A stretch of DNA of 64,000 nucleotides, taken from NCBI GenBank assembly GCA_038087875.1, contig CM075989.1, positions 19,656,001 to 19,720,000 of the forward strand, in the 5' to 3' direction. Of this stretch, positions 38,073 through 50,112 are shown piece by piece. This DNA is from Malacoraja senta. Lineage: Eukaryota. Positions within the stretch are counted from its first letter, which is position 1. Each line of letters opens with the position of its first letter. The notes under the pieces were generated by a model that saw only the letters and a program-made list of their open reading frames with translations, was not told where the DNA came from and searched no databases. Position numbers and translations under genes: made by a program.

Positions 38073-38923
38073 CTCACAAGGTTATGCATGTCATTCCCCT
38101 TGGACGGGAAGGGCAATCTCATCTGCAGGTTAACCAGCAAAATGACAGATACCAAATAGGACGTCATTTCTGACTGAAAGTTTCCATCCGCATTGTCATT
38201 CAAGCTCTCCGCCCCAGAAGTAGCATAAGCTTGGGTGATATTTGACACTTGTTTTGCAAGTTCCACAACTTTATTTGATATCTTGCTGCAGAATACATGG
38301 TCCTTTGTCACCTGGCGATCAAACTGATACCAGCCCGGTAGAAGGAGAGACAAGAAGTCGTCCTGTGAGGAGAGGCCAAAGTCCACCGGACAGCGAGGCT
38401 GGTACATACCCAGATGCTTGATGCAGATTTCATCCAGGTCCCGATCCACACCCCAGGGAAAGAGACAGGAGATCAGCAATTTTGCTGCGTCCATGGCCAT
38501 TGCGACGTCCATTTTGCTCACCGCTGATGCTGGGGCCTTTTTCGTACCTTTGCCTTTCGTCTTGTGCTTGCTAATTCCAGCTCCTTCCCTTCCAAACCCG
38601 CCCGCACAGTGCTCATTGTAAAACATATGTTCGCGGACCAAACCTTTCGCTGCCAACCCGTTTGGCTGAGAGGGATTTGCCGGTGGCTTGCTCCTTTTCA
38701 AGGACATTGGCGGTTTTCTGCCGTCGACAATAGCCGGCCGCTTCAGCGTCTCGTGGCTCTGGACTTGAGCACTTTGCGTCTTGGGCTCCTTCTCTCGATG
38801 CGAGAGCAGCTGCTCGCAGATGGTGCTGACGTCGAACAACAAAACGTGCGTGGTGCTGTCGCTCCAGCTGGTCTTCACTGGTTGGATGGTGAACGCTTGA
38901 GGAATTGGGTCGGGAAACGCAAA
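38073..38923 (-). CDS. WDR72: WDR72 large internal coding exon (851 bp; probably equivalent to human exon 15)
   Basis: Core of ORF 38069..38929. FTIQPVKTSWS...HVLLFD and MDAAKLLISCLFPWGVDRDLDEICIKHLG...FLSLLLPGW match recalled WDR72 motifs ([46 protein letters not shown]). Acceptor ttttttaattgcag, donor AG|gtaaga. Phase 0 in, phase 2 out. Confidence 0.95.
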
Positions 38924-39749
38924 CTGCAATTAAAAAAAAATAAAAAAATGTCACGCTGACCGACACAAGTTAGCAGCAGACGCAAAAACACAGAGGCATG
39001 GACGTCAATGACGGCAGCCACAAATGATATGTGTGGAAAGGAACTGCAGATGCTGGTATACACCGCAAGTAGACACAAAGTGCTGGAGTAAGTCAGCGGG
39101 TCAGGCAGCATCTCTGGAGAAAAAGAATGGGTGACGTTTCGGTTCGGGTCCCTTCTTCAGATAAAATATACAGTGACTCTGAAAGGTTTAGTTTTCATTT
39201 TCAGTGTTAGTTTTGGAGATAGAGCATGCAAACTCCTTGTAACTGTGAGGGTTTCCTCCGGGTGCTCCGGTTTCCTCCCACACCCCAAAGCTGGACATTA
39301 GGAAGTTAGTTGGCCACCCTAACCTGTTCCTAGCAGGGAAGTTGGAGAAATTTGATGGGAAACTAGGGAGAATAAAAGAGCTCAGAGCTGAAATATCACC
39401 TGTCCAATCCCTCCACAGATGCTGCCTGGCTGGTTGAGTTCCTCCAGCATATTGTTTACATGCAAGGTACCAGTGTCTGCATGATTATTGAGTGATTGAA
39501 CGATACAGCATGGAAACAGGACCTTCGACCCACCGAGTCCATGCTGACCACTGATCACCCCTTCCCTCTAGTTCTATGTTTATCACTTTTTTGTCCACAT
39601 CGTACACACTAGGGGCAATTTTTATAGAGGCCACACAAAGACGTACAGGTTTATAGATTAATTGGCTTTGGTAAAAATTGTAAATTGACTCCAGTGTGCA
39701 GGGTCAGTGTAATGGGGATCGCTGGTCAGCGCGGACTCGGTGGGCCGAA

Positions 39750-40226
39750 ACATAGAAACATAGAAAATAGGTGCAGGAGGAGGCCATTCGGCCCTTCGAG
39801 CCAGCACCACCATTCATTGTGATCATCGCTGATCGTCCCCTATCAATAACCCGTGCCTGCCTTCTCCCCATAACCCTTGACTCCACTAGCCCCTAGAGCT
39901 CTATCTAACTCTCTCTTAAATCCATCCAGTGATTTGGCCTCCACTGCCCTCTGTGGCAGGGAATTCCACAAATTCACAACTCTCTGGGTGAAAACATTTT
40001 TTCTCACCTCGGTCTTAAATGACCTCCCCTTTATTTTAAGACTGTGGCCCCTGGTTCTGGACTCGCCCAACATTGGGAACATTTTTCCTGCATCTAGCTT
40101 GTCCAGTCCTTTTATAATTGTATATGTTTCTATAAGATCCCCCTCATCCTTCTAAACTCCAGTGAATACAAGCCTAGTCTTTTCAATCTTTCCTCATATG
40201 ACAGTCCCGCCATCCCAGGGATCAAT
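39750..40226 (-). mobile_element. CR1-type LINE 3' fragment inserted into a SINE tail
   Basis: MFPMLGESRTRGHSLKIKGRSFKTEVRKNVFTQRVVNLWNSLPQRAVEA and a (TTCTATGT)n tail. Splits the SINE sequence gggccgaa|gggcctgtttcc. Confidence 0.85.
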
Positions 40227-41139
40227 CGAAGGGCCTGTTTCCACGCTGTATCTCTAAACTAAACTCAACTATTGGGCAATAATGTGTACTCTATATTTAT
40301 ATGTGTTTACTTTGAATGTAAATTGGCTTCAATGCTGAAGATAATGCATTTGGAGTAACGATCACCACAGATGCTGTTCCGCAGTGAAATCTGCAGTCAT
40401 CTTCCCAACATGTGCACACACCTGCCCTCCAGCCAATCGCAAATAATGGCCCAAAGCTTCCTCCAGCCCCGAGCTCCGGTGAGCCATCACTTGCTAAAGG
40501 CAAAGGCATTGTGCTCCGATCGCAATTAACCAAAGCCCCTCTGACCAAAGATGTCACTAATGAGCTGTGACCAACACACTGGAAAGCCCACATCAACACA
40601 GCATGCAGAAATGCTTCTTGAGTGTTAACTGTTTGAAAGCAAGTCTCATGCAATACACTGGTGGTCTGGCAAGCAACCAGACTCAAGAACAGCTTCTTCT
40701 CCTTTGCTATCAGGCTTCCTGATAGGAATCAACTAGGGTACATGTGACAATAAAACTAACTAACTAACCAACTAACTAACCAACTAAACTAACTAACTGT
40801 CTGATTCACCTCCACCCCATTGCGGACTTTGTCTATGGAACTGATGCGCTACAATGCTGAGAACTATATTCTGCATAAGAAGGAACTGCAGGTGCTGGTT
40901 TACACAAAGACAGACACAAAATGCGAGAGTAACACAGTGGGTCAGATAGTATCTCTGGAGAAAAGGAATAGGTGATGTTTCTGGGCAAGACCCTTCTTTA
41001 TTCTGCACTCCGTACCTACCCCTTCACTGCAATGACTGGCAGTGTAAAACTAAAAGGTTGACATTGGATTATTGAATCCTTCAACTTTGAGCAAAGAGTG
41101 AAGTAAACTGAACGTGTTGCAGTTTCTATTCCATTACAC

Positions 41140-41490
41140 CTGGATCGAGTGGATGTGGAGAGGATGTTTCCACTCGGGGGAGAGTCTAGGACCAGAGGTC
41201 ATACCTTAGAATTAAAAGACATTCCTTTAGGAAGGAGATGAGGAGGAATTTCTTTAGTCAAAGCTCGGTGAATCTGTGGAATTCATTGCCACAGAAGGCT
41301 GTGGAGGCCAGGTCAATGGATATTTTCAAGGCAGAGATAGATGGATTCTCAATTAGTGCGGGTGTCAGGGGTTATGGGGAGAAGGCAGGAGATTGGGGTT
41401 AAGAGTGAAAGGTAGATCAGTCATGATTGAATGGCGGAGTAGACTTGATGGGCCAAATGGCTTCTTATCCTCTCATTTATGAACTTATGA
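41140..41490 (+). mobile_element. CR1-type LINE 3' fragment
   Basis: Same ORF2-end and UTR sequence. Further copies at ~25990-26180, 28055-28285, 29900-30070, 30670-30980, 50935-51128, 53133-53490, 59130-59445, 62985-63380 and others. Confidence 0.8.
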
Positions 41491-41529
41491 GGCAACCATG
41501 CAACTTTCACCAGTTTAAATCCCGCCTCA

Positions 41530-42215
41530 TGAGAGCTTCAAGTTCCGAGTCATAAATATCACCAACAATTTGTCGTGGATCAACCACATTGAAGCTCGTG
41601 CCAAAAACACACACTGATGCTTCAACTGCCCCAGGAGATGGAGGTTTGGCTTGTCTCTACAACTCTTACCAACTTCTATAGATGCACAGTGGAAAGTATA
41701 CTATTGGGTTACATCACAGCTTGGTTTGGGAACAACTCTGAAAAGGACCACAGGATAATGCACAGTTATAGATGTAGCCCAGTCCCCTACCATCGACTCC
41801 ATCTACATCTCATGTTGCCTTGAGGAAGCAGCTAACATAATCAAGGACTTTTTAACCCCGACCATTTCCTTTTATCCCCTCACTCATTGAACGGAAGATA
41901 CAAAACCTTAAGTATGTACCACGAGATTCAGGAACAGCTTCTTCCCCGCTGTTGTCAGACTACTAAATAGTCCTCCTATAAGCTAGGGTGTAGTCTCGAT
42001 CTTCCAACCTACGTCACTGTGGACATTGCGCTTTTTCCTCTGCAAGTGTAACACTCTAATACTGGAACACTATATTCTGCACTCTGGTATTTTTCTCTTC
42101 ACACTACCTGTTGTACTTCGTTGTGGCTTGATTGTACTCATGTGTAGTATGATTTGATTTGATTTAATTTGACTGGATAGCACACAAAGGTTTTTCACCT
42201 AACAATAATGAACCA
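41530..42215 (+). mobile_element. Rex1/Babar-type LINE 3' fragment
   Basis: LTNFYRCTVESILLGYITAWFGN motif, then a TTRFRNSFFPAVVRLLN-like end and UTR. Confidence 0.8.
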
Positions 42216-42491
42216 ATACCCATACCACTACTGAGAATTGAGTACATACTATAGATTTAGGCTGATAATTCCATTGATGAGATTAGGGATTGCCGCACTA
42301 TTGGGAGGTCCTGAATCAATACTATCTCACTCACTACTGTAAGAAAGAGCAAGTAATTAACTCAGGTCAATATTTTCCCCTCAATTGAATTCACAAAAGA
42401 CAAATGATTCGGTCTCCATCGCTTGCTGTGAACGGTCTCCTGTACGTAAGTTGGTTCTCTTGCTTTTCTCGAGCAGTTACATACACAGTGT

Positions 42492-42805
42492 GGGCAGCAC
42501 GGTGGCACAGCAGTAGAGTTGCTGCCTTACAGGGCTTGCAGCTCCAGAGATCCGGGTTCGATCCCAACTACGGGTGCCGTCAGTACGGAGTTTGTATATT
42601 CTCCCCGTGACCCAATCGGTTTCCTCCCACACTCCAAAGATGCACAGGTTTGTAGGTTAATTGGCTTGGGTTTGTTTCCTTGGTATAAGTGTAAATTGCT
42701 CCTGGTGTGTGCAGACTTGTGTTAATGTGCAGGGATCGCTGGTGGGTGCGAATTCAGTGGGCCGAAGGGCCCGTTTCTGTGCTGCATCTCTAAACTAAAC
42801 TAAAA
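42492..42805 (+). mobile_element. HE1-type V-SINE
   Basis: Same architecture as the other copies. Confidence 0.8.
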
Positions 42806-43274
42806 ACCTTCAACCAGCTACAAGAAAGATGAAAGATGAAAGATGCTATATAAATGCCTTTCCTTTCAGAAGGATAGGAAAGGTTTAGAGGGATATGGGA
42901 ACGCAGATAGGTGGGCCAAGTGTAGATGGGGCATCTTGGTCGGCATGGGCAAGTTGGGCCGAAGGGACATTTTTCATGCTGTTTGACTCTTTGACTCCAA
43001 GTCTGAAGTGTCCCAACCTGAAACCTCCTCTGTCCATTCCCTCTGCAGATGCTGACTGACCCATTAAGTTCCTCCAGCACTTTCCGCCTTGAACAAAGAA
43101 CATTATGAACAAAACCATGGTAATTAAACAAGGTCTATCTATAGAGTACTGTGTTTACAGACCCATTGTGCTGCTGCAAGCAAGAATTTCATTGTTCTGT
43201 TTTGGTACATATGATGCTTGACAAAGAAACTAACTATTCAAGGGGAATTTAGGGCCTATGGCCAACATGGTCAA

Positions 43275-43586
43275 GGGCGGTCACAGTGGCGCAGCGGTAG
43301 AGTTTCTGCCTTACAGCGAATGCAGTGCCGAAGACCCAGGTTCGATCCTGACTACGGGTGCTGTCTGTACGGAGTTTGTACGTTCTCCCCGTGATCTACA
43401 TGGGTTTTCTCCGAGATCTTCGGTTTCCCCCCACACACCAAAGACGACCAGGTTTGTAAGTTAATTGGCTTGGTAAATGTAAAAATTGTCCCTAGTGTGT
43501 GTGTAGGATAGTGTTAATGTGCGGGGATCGCAGGTGGGCGCGGACCCGGTGGAAAGAAGGGCCTGTTGCCGCGCTGTATCTCTAAA
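43275..43586 (+). mobile_element. HE1-type V-SINE
   Basis: A box TGGCGCAGCGG, B box GGTTCGATCC. Confidence 0.85.
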
Positions 43587-44423
43587 TGTGGAATGCGCAT
43601 CAAGTAGTGAAACAAAGGGCAAAAATCCCGATGCGGGTCAACCACAACAAGAGTGCACTTGAAATCCCCTCAAGAAGTCCCCCAGACAATCTGGCGCCTA
43701 GGTCGGGTGAGGCGGCCGATCGCTACCTCTTTGGGACCTCCGCAGCTGATTAGCGGGTCGAATTTGCCCCCTGCCCGAATCTGGAACTCCGGCCTGGTCA
43801 AAGCCGGCAAATCCGTTCCCATAGCCGAGGCCGACTTTGCGGGCCGGTGTCTCAACCTCCCCCCCCCCCCCCCCCCACCCCAGGCCCTGACCTCTGTTGG
43901 TCTGGCAAAACGGAGAATACGGCAAGGCTCTCGAACCAAGGGTGCCGGAAAAACAGTGGTGGAACTGTACGGGGATTAAAAGATGAGGCAAATTGGTTTA
44001 TTTCCAGAAAGATAAATGCCTTTGCTTATTTTGTGATACAAGCAAAGCTCAAATATCTTACACAAATTTATGAAAAACCTTTCAGAATTCAAGCTGTAAA
44101 TAGTTGAGCCATCACCAAGATTCCCCAAATAAATCAATGAGGAAATAGGAATGTCCTTGGTTAATATTTTAGGATGCCGGCACCAACTCAGGAACATTAT
44201 GGAATGATAAATACTAGTTCAATATTTGAACAGGAATGACATTTAAACCAAAGGATTAGGGACTACTTGCTCTAATGTTCGTACTGGGCAACAGATTAAG
44301 AGGACCGAGCAGGAAAATCACCAACATTTACTGGAAATGATCAGGGAACAAAAGGAATGGTTGATGAGAATTTTCAAGGGATTATTTACCTTATCAACTC
44401 AAGAACTGATTCATCTTAATGAA

Positions 44424-44715
44424 AGGGTGTCACAGTGGTGCAGCGGTAGAGTTGCTGCCTTACAGCGCTTGCAGCGCCAGAGACCCGGGTTCGATCCCAA
44501 CTACGGCTGTTGTCTGTATAGATCTCCCGTGACAGCGTGGGTTTTCTCCGAGATCTTCGGTTTCCTCCCACACTCCAAAGACGTACAGGTTTGTAGGTTA
44601 ATTGGCTTGGTAAATGTTTTAAAAAATGGCCCTTGTGTGTGTAGGATAGTGTTAGCGTGTGGGGATGGCTGGTCAGCGCGGACTCGTCGGGCCGAAGGAC
44701 CTGTTCTCTAAATTA
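44424..44715 (+). mobile_element. HE1-type V-SINE
   Basis: Same architecture as the other copies. Confidence 0.8.
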
Positions 44716-45414
44716 AACAAAACAAATCTAGACCCCTCATGATTTTATACACCTCTAAAAGATCACCATCAACCTCCTGCACTCGAAGGACTGGAGTTCT
44801 CGCCTGCCCAACCTCTCCATTCAGCTCAGGCCCTCGAGTCCTGGCAACATCCTTGTAAACCTTCTTTCCAGCTTATTGGCATCTTTCCTATCGTCGGGTG
44901 ACCCAAAATGTACACAATATTCCAAGTGCAATCTCACTGATGCCCTGAGCAACTATAACAAAACGTCACAAGTGAACTCCGTGATTGAAGTCCAACTTGC
45001 CAAAAGCCCTCTTGTGAACAATATAAGGAAGAGTACTTTTGGTAGTAATGGAACTTTTCCGATGATACAAAAACAACCAATGTTTGATCGGCTTTGCATT
45101 GATGATGTAACGGTAGAGTATTTGGGTTCTATGAGTTGCCCCCGGTGTAGGAAATTAGTAAAAGATTCATAGAGGTGTTCTTGAGCATGTAAGTGAGGGG
45201 AGGTGACAGATAAATGATATGAAGTGTTGGAATTCCTCTACGTAAGGAACCAATAGGCCAAATGGCCTCCTTAGGTCTTTAAAGCAATAAGTGAGTAGGA
45301 TTTTAACATGGGTTGAAATAAAATAGTAGATATTGGCACGGCAGGCAGATCCTTTGGGACAAGGTTAGACAGCAACTTTCAGGTAAATGAGAAGCACATT
45401 GATAGTACTGTACA

Positions 45415-45805
45415 GTACCTCGGCAAGGCCAGCAGCATAATCAAGGACGTCACACCCTGGCCACTCCCTCTTCTCCCCTCTCACATCAGGCAAAAAGTAA
45501 GAAGTGTGAAAACGCACACCTCCAGATTCAGGAACAATTTCGTCCCAGCTGTTATCAGGCAACTGAATCATCCTGCCACAACCAGAGAGTAGTCCTGAAC
45601 TGCTATCTACCTCATTGGTGAACCTCGGACTATCCTTGATCGGACTTTGCTGGCTTTACCTTGCACTAAACGTTATTCCCTTATCATGTATCTATACACT
45701 GTAAATGGCTCGATTGTAATCATGTATTGTCTTTCCACTGACTAGTTAGCACGCAACAAAAGCTTTTCACTTGTACACGTGACAATAAACGCAACTGAAC
45801 TGAGT
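45415..45805 (+). mobile_element. Rex1/Babar-type LINE 3' fragment
   Basis: LGKASSIIKD-SHPGHSLFSPL..KTHTSRFRNNF-like coding remnant plus family 3' UTR. A reverse-complement copy lies at ~52080-52500. Confidence 0.75.
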
Positions 45806-47019
45806 TCTGCACCAAGACAAAGATAACTTCAGATCTGGAGAAATGGCACATTGTGGAATAAAGAATCACAAGTCAAAATGTTCAATTGTCATATGGCAAC
45901 GGAACAATGAGATTCTTACTACAGGTTAACAGGCCCACAATAGCAGTAACACTGAGAATATATAATAATCAATTATACAATTAATTACAGTAATAACCAT
46001 AATATTAAGTAACCATAATAGGGCTAAATCAAAGTCTAGAGTGTCTTTAGACTTTAGAGATATGGTAACAGGCCTTTTGGCCCACCGCATCATCACCGAC
46101 CATCGATAACCCCATAATCCTAGCCCTACACACTAGGGACAATTTACTTTTTTTTAACCAAAGCCAATTAACCTACAAGCCTGCACATCTTTGGAATGTG
46201 GGAGGAAACCAGAGCACCCAGAGAAAACCCACGTGGTCGCAGGGAGAACGTACTGGCCCACCTTGTCCATGCCAACCAAATTGGCATAATGGGCTAGACC
46301 TATTTGCCTGCATTTGGCCTCTTAAACCCTTCCTATCCATATATATAATTAAAAATTCTATAGCTTCTTCTGGCAGCTCATTCCAGATACGGAACACCAT
46401 CTGGGTGAACAAGTTGCCCCTGAGATCCCTCTTAAATCTCTCCCCTCTTACCTTAAGCCTATAGCCTCTCGTCTTAGAATCTTCTACCCCAGGAAAAAGA
46501 CTGTGAGTGTTCACTTTATCCATGTCCCTCTTGATCTTGGACACCTCAATGAGGTCACCACTCGGTCCCTTACGCTCAGTCCCAGGAGAATATTATCCCT
46601 CATCAAGAGTCAAGAAGAGAGTCTAGCGTGAAGAGTGTTTATTTGTCATATGTACCGACAACAGAACAGCTCAATTCTTACACGCAGCAGCTTAATTGGC
46701 CTGTAAACACAATATTCATAGATCGCACCAGAGCACCTCACAGCGCCTGAGAACCGGGTTCGATCCTGACTATGGGTGCTGTCTGTACGGAGGTTGTACA
46801 TTCTCCACGTGACCCGCGTGGGTTTTCTCAGAGCTCTTCACTTTCCTCCCACACTCCAAAAGTGTACAGGTTTGTAGGTTAATTGACTTGGTATAACTAT
46901 ATCAATGTAAAATTATCCCTAGTGTGTGTAGGGTAGTGTTAATGTGCGTGGATCGCTGGTTGGCGCGGACTGAGTGGGCCAAAGGGCCTGTTTCCGTGCT
47001 GTAGCTCTAAACTAAAACA

Positions 47020-48381
47020 TGTTGTTTTGCACTTGATTTCACAAAACCTGGCCTTTTTAACGTCGGCAATGAGATTGCCCCTGTTACAAAAAAGGTCATG
47101 CTCCGTTTCAGGAAAGGGCAACCTTCCCTTGGGTGTTTTTCCCCAAGCCATATGGGCACCCAAGGTATTGGCTTAATCAATACATGAGGATGGACCTCTA
47201 TTGAGCTCAAGGGGATGTGGAGTCTAGCAATGCCAGATGTCAGGCTTGGCCTGGCCTTCCCACTTCTCCTCAGCAGATGGTTCTCCAGTGGCCGCTGCCT
47301 CAGGCTGACGTGGAGAAAGAAAACCAAAATGTAAATGCAAAAAAGAACCAGCGCACATTGTAAAAGGTTGAGGGTTCTTCGCGAAACTCACGAAGAAACA
47401 ATAAAATCGAGAAGCTCAGAAGACTGAGTGCATTATGCAGAAATCCCTGAAGACTATCCTTCCATATCATCCCACTCCCTGTAAGATCACGTTTCAGCCT
47501 GCTTGTTTCAAATTGCAATTTCTCTGTTGCAAAGTTTAGTCAGTTACTATGACTTTTTAGAAAAGTTCTCATAAAAGCAACACGCATTTGTGAGGACTCT
47601 GTTGCCAAAAGGTAAATTGGACAATATCGAGGCATGCTTATAAATTACTCTGCACATTCAGAGTATTTTAGTTCTGGCATTTGTTACCGATTTTGATTGA
47701 ATTATCTCTCAGCTGCCTCTGCAAGTACTGAATTTCCTAAATACTCCAATTAGATTTTGTTTGTCGAACACAGAAAGCAGTTTCTACGCAGAGAATGTTG
47801 CAAAAGTAACCAAATTTGTGCCATGTTCGTTCATCGCCGGTAAATGGAGCAGCATAAAACAGCTCCTTAAACTCTTTTGTAGTATATTGAAATGTAGGTG
47901 CTTCTCAATCAGATTAAGACAATGTATTTGCGCACAGCCCGTTTGACCCTGTTAGAGCCGTCCTCTGACCCTGGCCGTTACAGGAAACACTCGGGCTAAG
48001 ATCAAGGTGAAAGTAACTGGAAGAGGAAGGGAAATGGAAAAAGCTTTTTCGGGGTTTAAAACATGAGCTGGTCACACACTGGCACCACAAGACCTCTGCA
48101 GGCATTGCATGCGCCTCTGCCTAATCTGCAGCTCCGTCCGTCCGTCCACTCAGCTCTTCTGCTGATTAGCTGCAGAAGGGGGGTTACTCGGCGATGAAGA
48201 AAGAAAGAAAGAAAACTCCCCCTTAACGACAGGCGTGACGCTGAAGAATGAGAGCATCAGTCGACTCCGCTCAAATCCTTTCTCCCGAGGTGTGGCTCGG
48301 GAGCGAGAAGGGGGGTACGATTGAATCCACAAACGTACCCCAAAGGACAGCAGCCCAGTGATCGGCGGCACAAATAGGAGG

Positions 48382-48426
<45 letters not shown>

Positions 48427-49880
48427 GAGAGAAAGCCCTCAGTTTTCAGCTGATCCTCGGGAGGAACACAAGGAGTTGGGTTTACAATAGAGCAAACATT
48501 ACCAAGCTAATGGCACGGGCAATCTTCAAGCCATCAAGCATCTCTGATAGCAGCAGGGCATCTATTTTCATTTAAGTGCTAGAGTGCCTTTTTTTTTTAA
48601 AGCTTTCCTGAACCACGGCTGGGGGGATACAACCTATTGCACAAACCAACCGACTGGTAATAAATTACTATATTGGATACCTTTGTTGTCTCTCACCAAT
48701 AATTTCACCAGGCGCTCCTGCTATCGTTACTAATTAAGGCAATGACAGCATTGGCAATTTTTACGCTGCTGTAGATCACGCCTTCACGTTGCACCCGCTT
48801 CAGTCACAACCCAGAGGGTCAAGAGGCCCTTTTGACCTCTGTCAGTTAATATCCATTGACCATTTGCTACTTAGTGCAATCTCAAATGAACAGATGGACA
48901 CCTTGCTGCAAACTACTATCAAGCCCACAAAATAAAGATGAACGATATTGTTCCCGGGTTCTTGACCATGCTTTGCAAGGGTAAAGTGAGAAGGATAAAT
49001 GTCATAAAATCCCATTCCATTCAAACCCGTCCCAACACTGATCCAGTTGAAAGTCTACATTGCAGAATGTTATCATCACATTTAAAATATAACATTGTCT
49101 CTTTCATATTTTCATCGTAGGAAACTTCTTAGCTGAATAACAACAAAACTCTCAACCATTGTCCTAATTTGACGTTTGTGCATTCTTGATACTAGTTTGT
49201 CGCTTGTTTATATGCTGCACGGCCCTGCCAGAGATGCAGATCTAATTTCCATAGTTAAATTACATTTCGGTCAGTGTCCACGGCATTTGGGCCCCAAAGC
49301 TGTTCGTTTCTGTCTGCCTCTGGAGTACAACAGTCTCTAATGATAATCCGCGAGTCAATTTAGCGCTCTCCACTCATCTGAGAACAAAAAGAAAGTTGGG
49401 TGTTCTTCGAGAGGTAAGATGTAAAGAGTTTGGTGACAAAACTGCTTCTGTTTGTATACTTGCTTTGTATATTTGTTCTAAAAGCGAATGGGATTGGCAG
49501 TGTTATGATGAAAGCAAAGTGGCAGGAAAAAAAAGTGAGCCATTATGTTTTATGCAGTGTTATTCAAGGGGGTTTGATAAGCTGGAGCACGCTGCACCAC
49601 TTTCGTGGCGACTAGCACAAGCTGATCTTCTTAAAACTCTGCGTGTTTCACTGAACGGAGCAGATGGCTCGATGTGTTACAAAGAAGGCCGGGTATATTT
49701 TTCAGCTCTGAACTGGGTTTTTGAACAACTGACAAATACATGAACAAAGCCAGCAAACAACCCTATTCACCGGTCACTGGGCTATTTTTGCTTTACATTT
49801 TGTGTGCTATTTCCTACCGCTCATCAATGAATATAGGGGTGCAGCTTTGAGGAACAAAATAGGGCCGCAACCCAGCTTTA
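47020..49880. promoter_or_regulatory. Transposon-free intronic island, candidate enhancer or internal promoter
   Basis: ~2.9 kb with no recognisable TE in a window where TEs recur every few hundred bp. CpG-retaining core at ~47930-48370, NRF1-like TGCATGCGC at 48106-48114, several RGGTCA half-sites. Confidence 0.4.
48378..48432. repeat. (GA)n microsatellite
   Basis: Direct reading. Confidence 0.95.
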
Positions 49881-49898
49881 AACATGATATAGTCCATT

Positions 49899-50112
49899 CA
49901 GTAGGAAGGAATTGCAGATGCTGGTTTAAATCAAAGATAGACACAAAATGCTGGAGTAACTCAGTGGGACGGACACCATCTCTGGAGAGAAGGAATGGGT
50001 GACGTTTCGGGTCGAGACTGAAGAAGGATCTCGACCCGAAATTTCACCCATTACTTCTCTCCAGAGATGCTGCCTGTCCCGCTGAGTTACTCCAGCATTT
50101 TGTATCTATCTT
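49899..50112. mobile_element. Penelope-derived fold-back insertion with 14-bp TSD
   Basis: Inverted arms meet at ~50015. Direct repeat tgatatagtccatt at 49885-49898 and 50113-50126. Confidence 0.8.

Noticed and set aside
40297..40686. 129-aa minus-strand ORF as an extra WDR72 exon
   Set aside because: No recognisable similarity, and the flanking exons already join in phase with no gap relative to the recalled human protein. It may be non-coding regulatory DNA.
43275..43350. tRNA genes
   Set aside because: The A/B-box tRNA-like segments are SINE heads continuing into V-domain and LINE tail; no complete cloverleaf.
48241..48262. Hammerhead core starting CTGAAGA in the TE-free island
   Set aside because: A short stem follows but there is no GAAA or cleavage triplet in the required position.
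46939..48371. Nested protein-coding gene in the intronic island
   Set aside because: The short ORFs show no recognisable domains or consistent exon structure.
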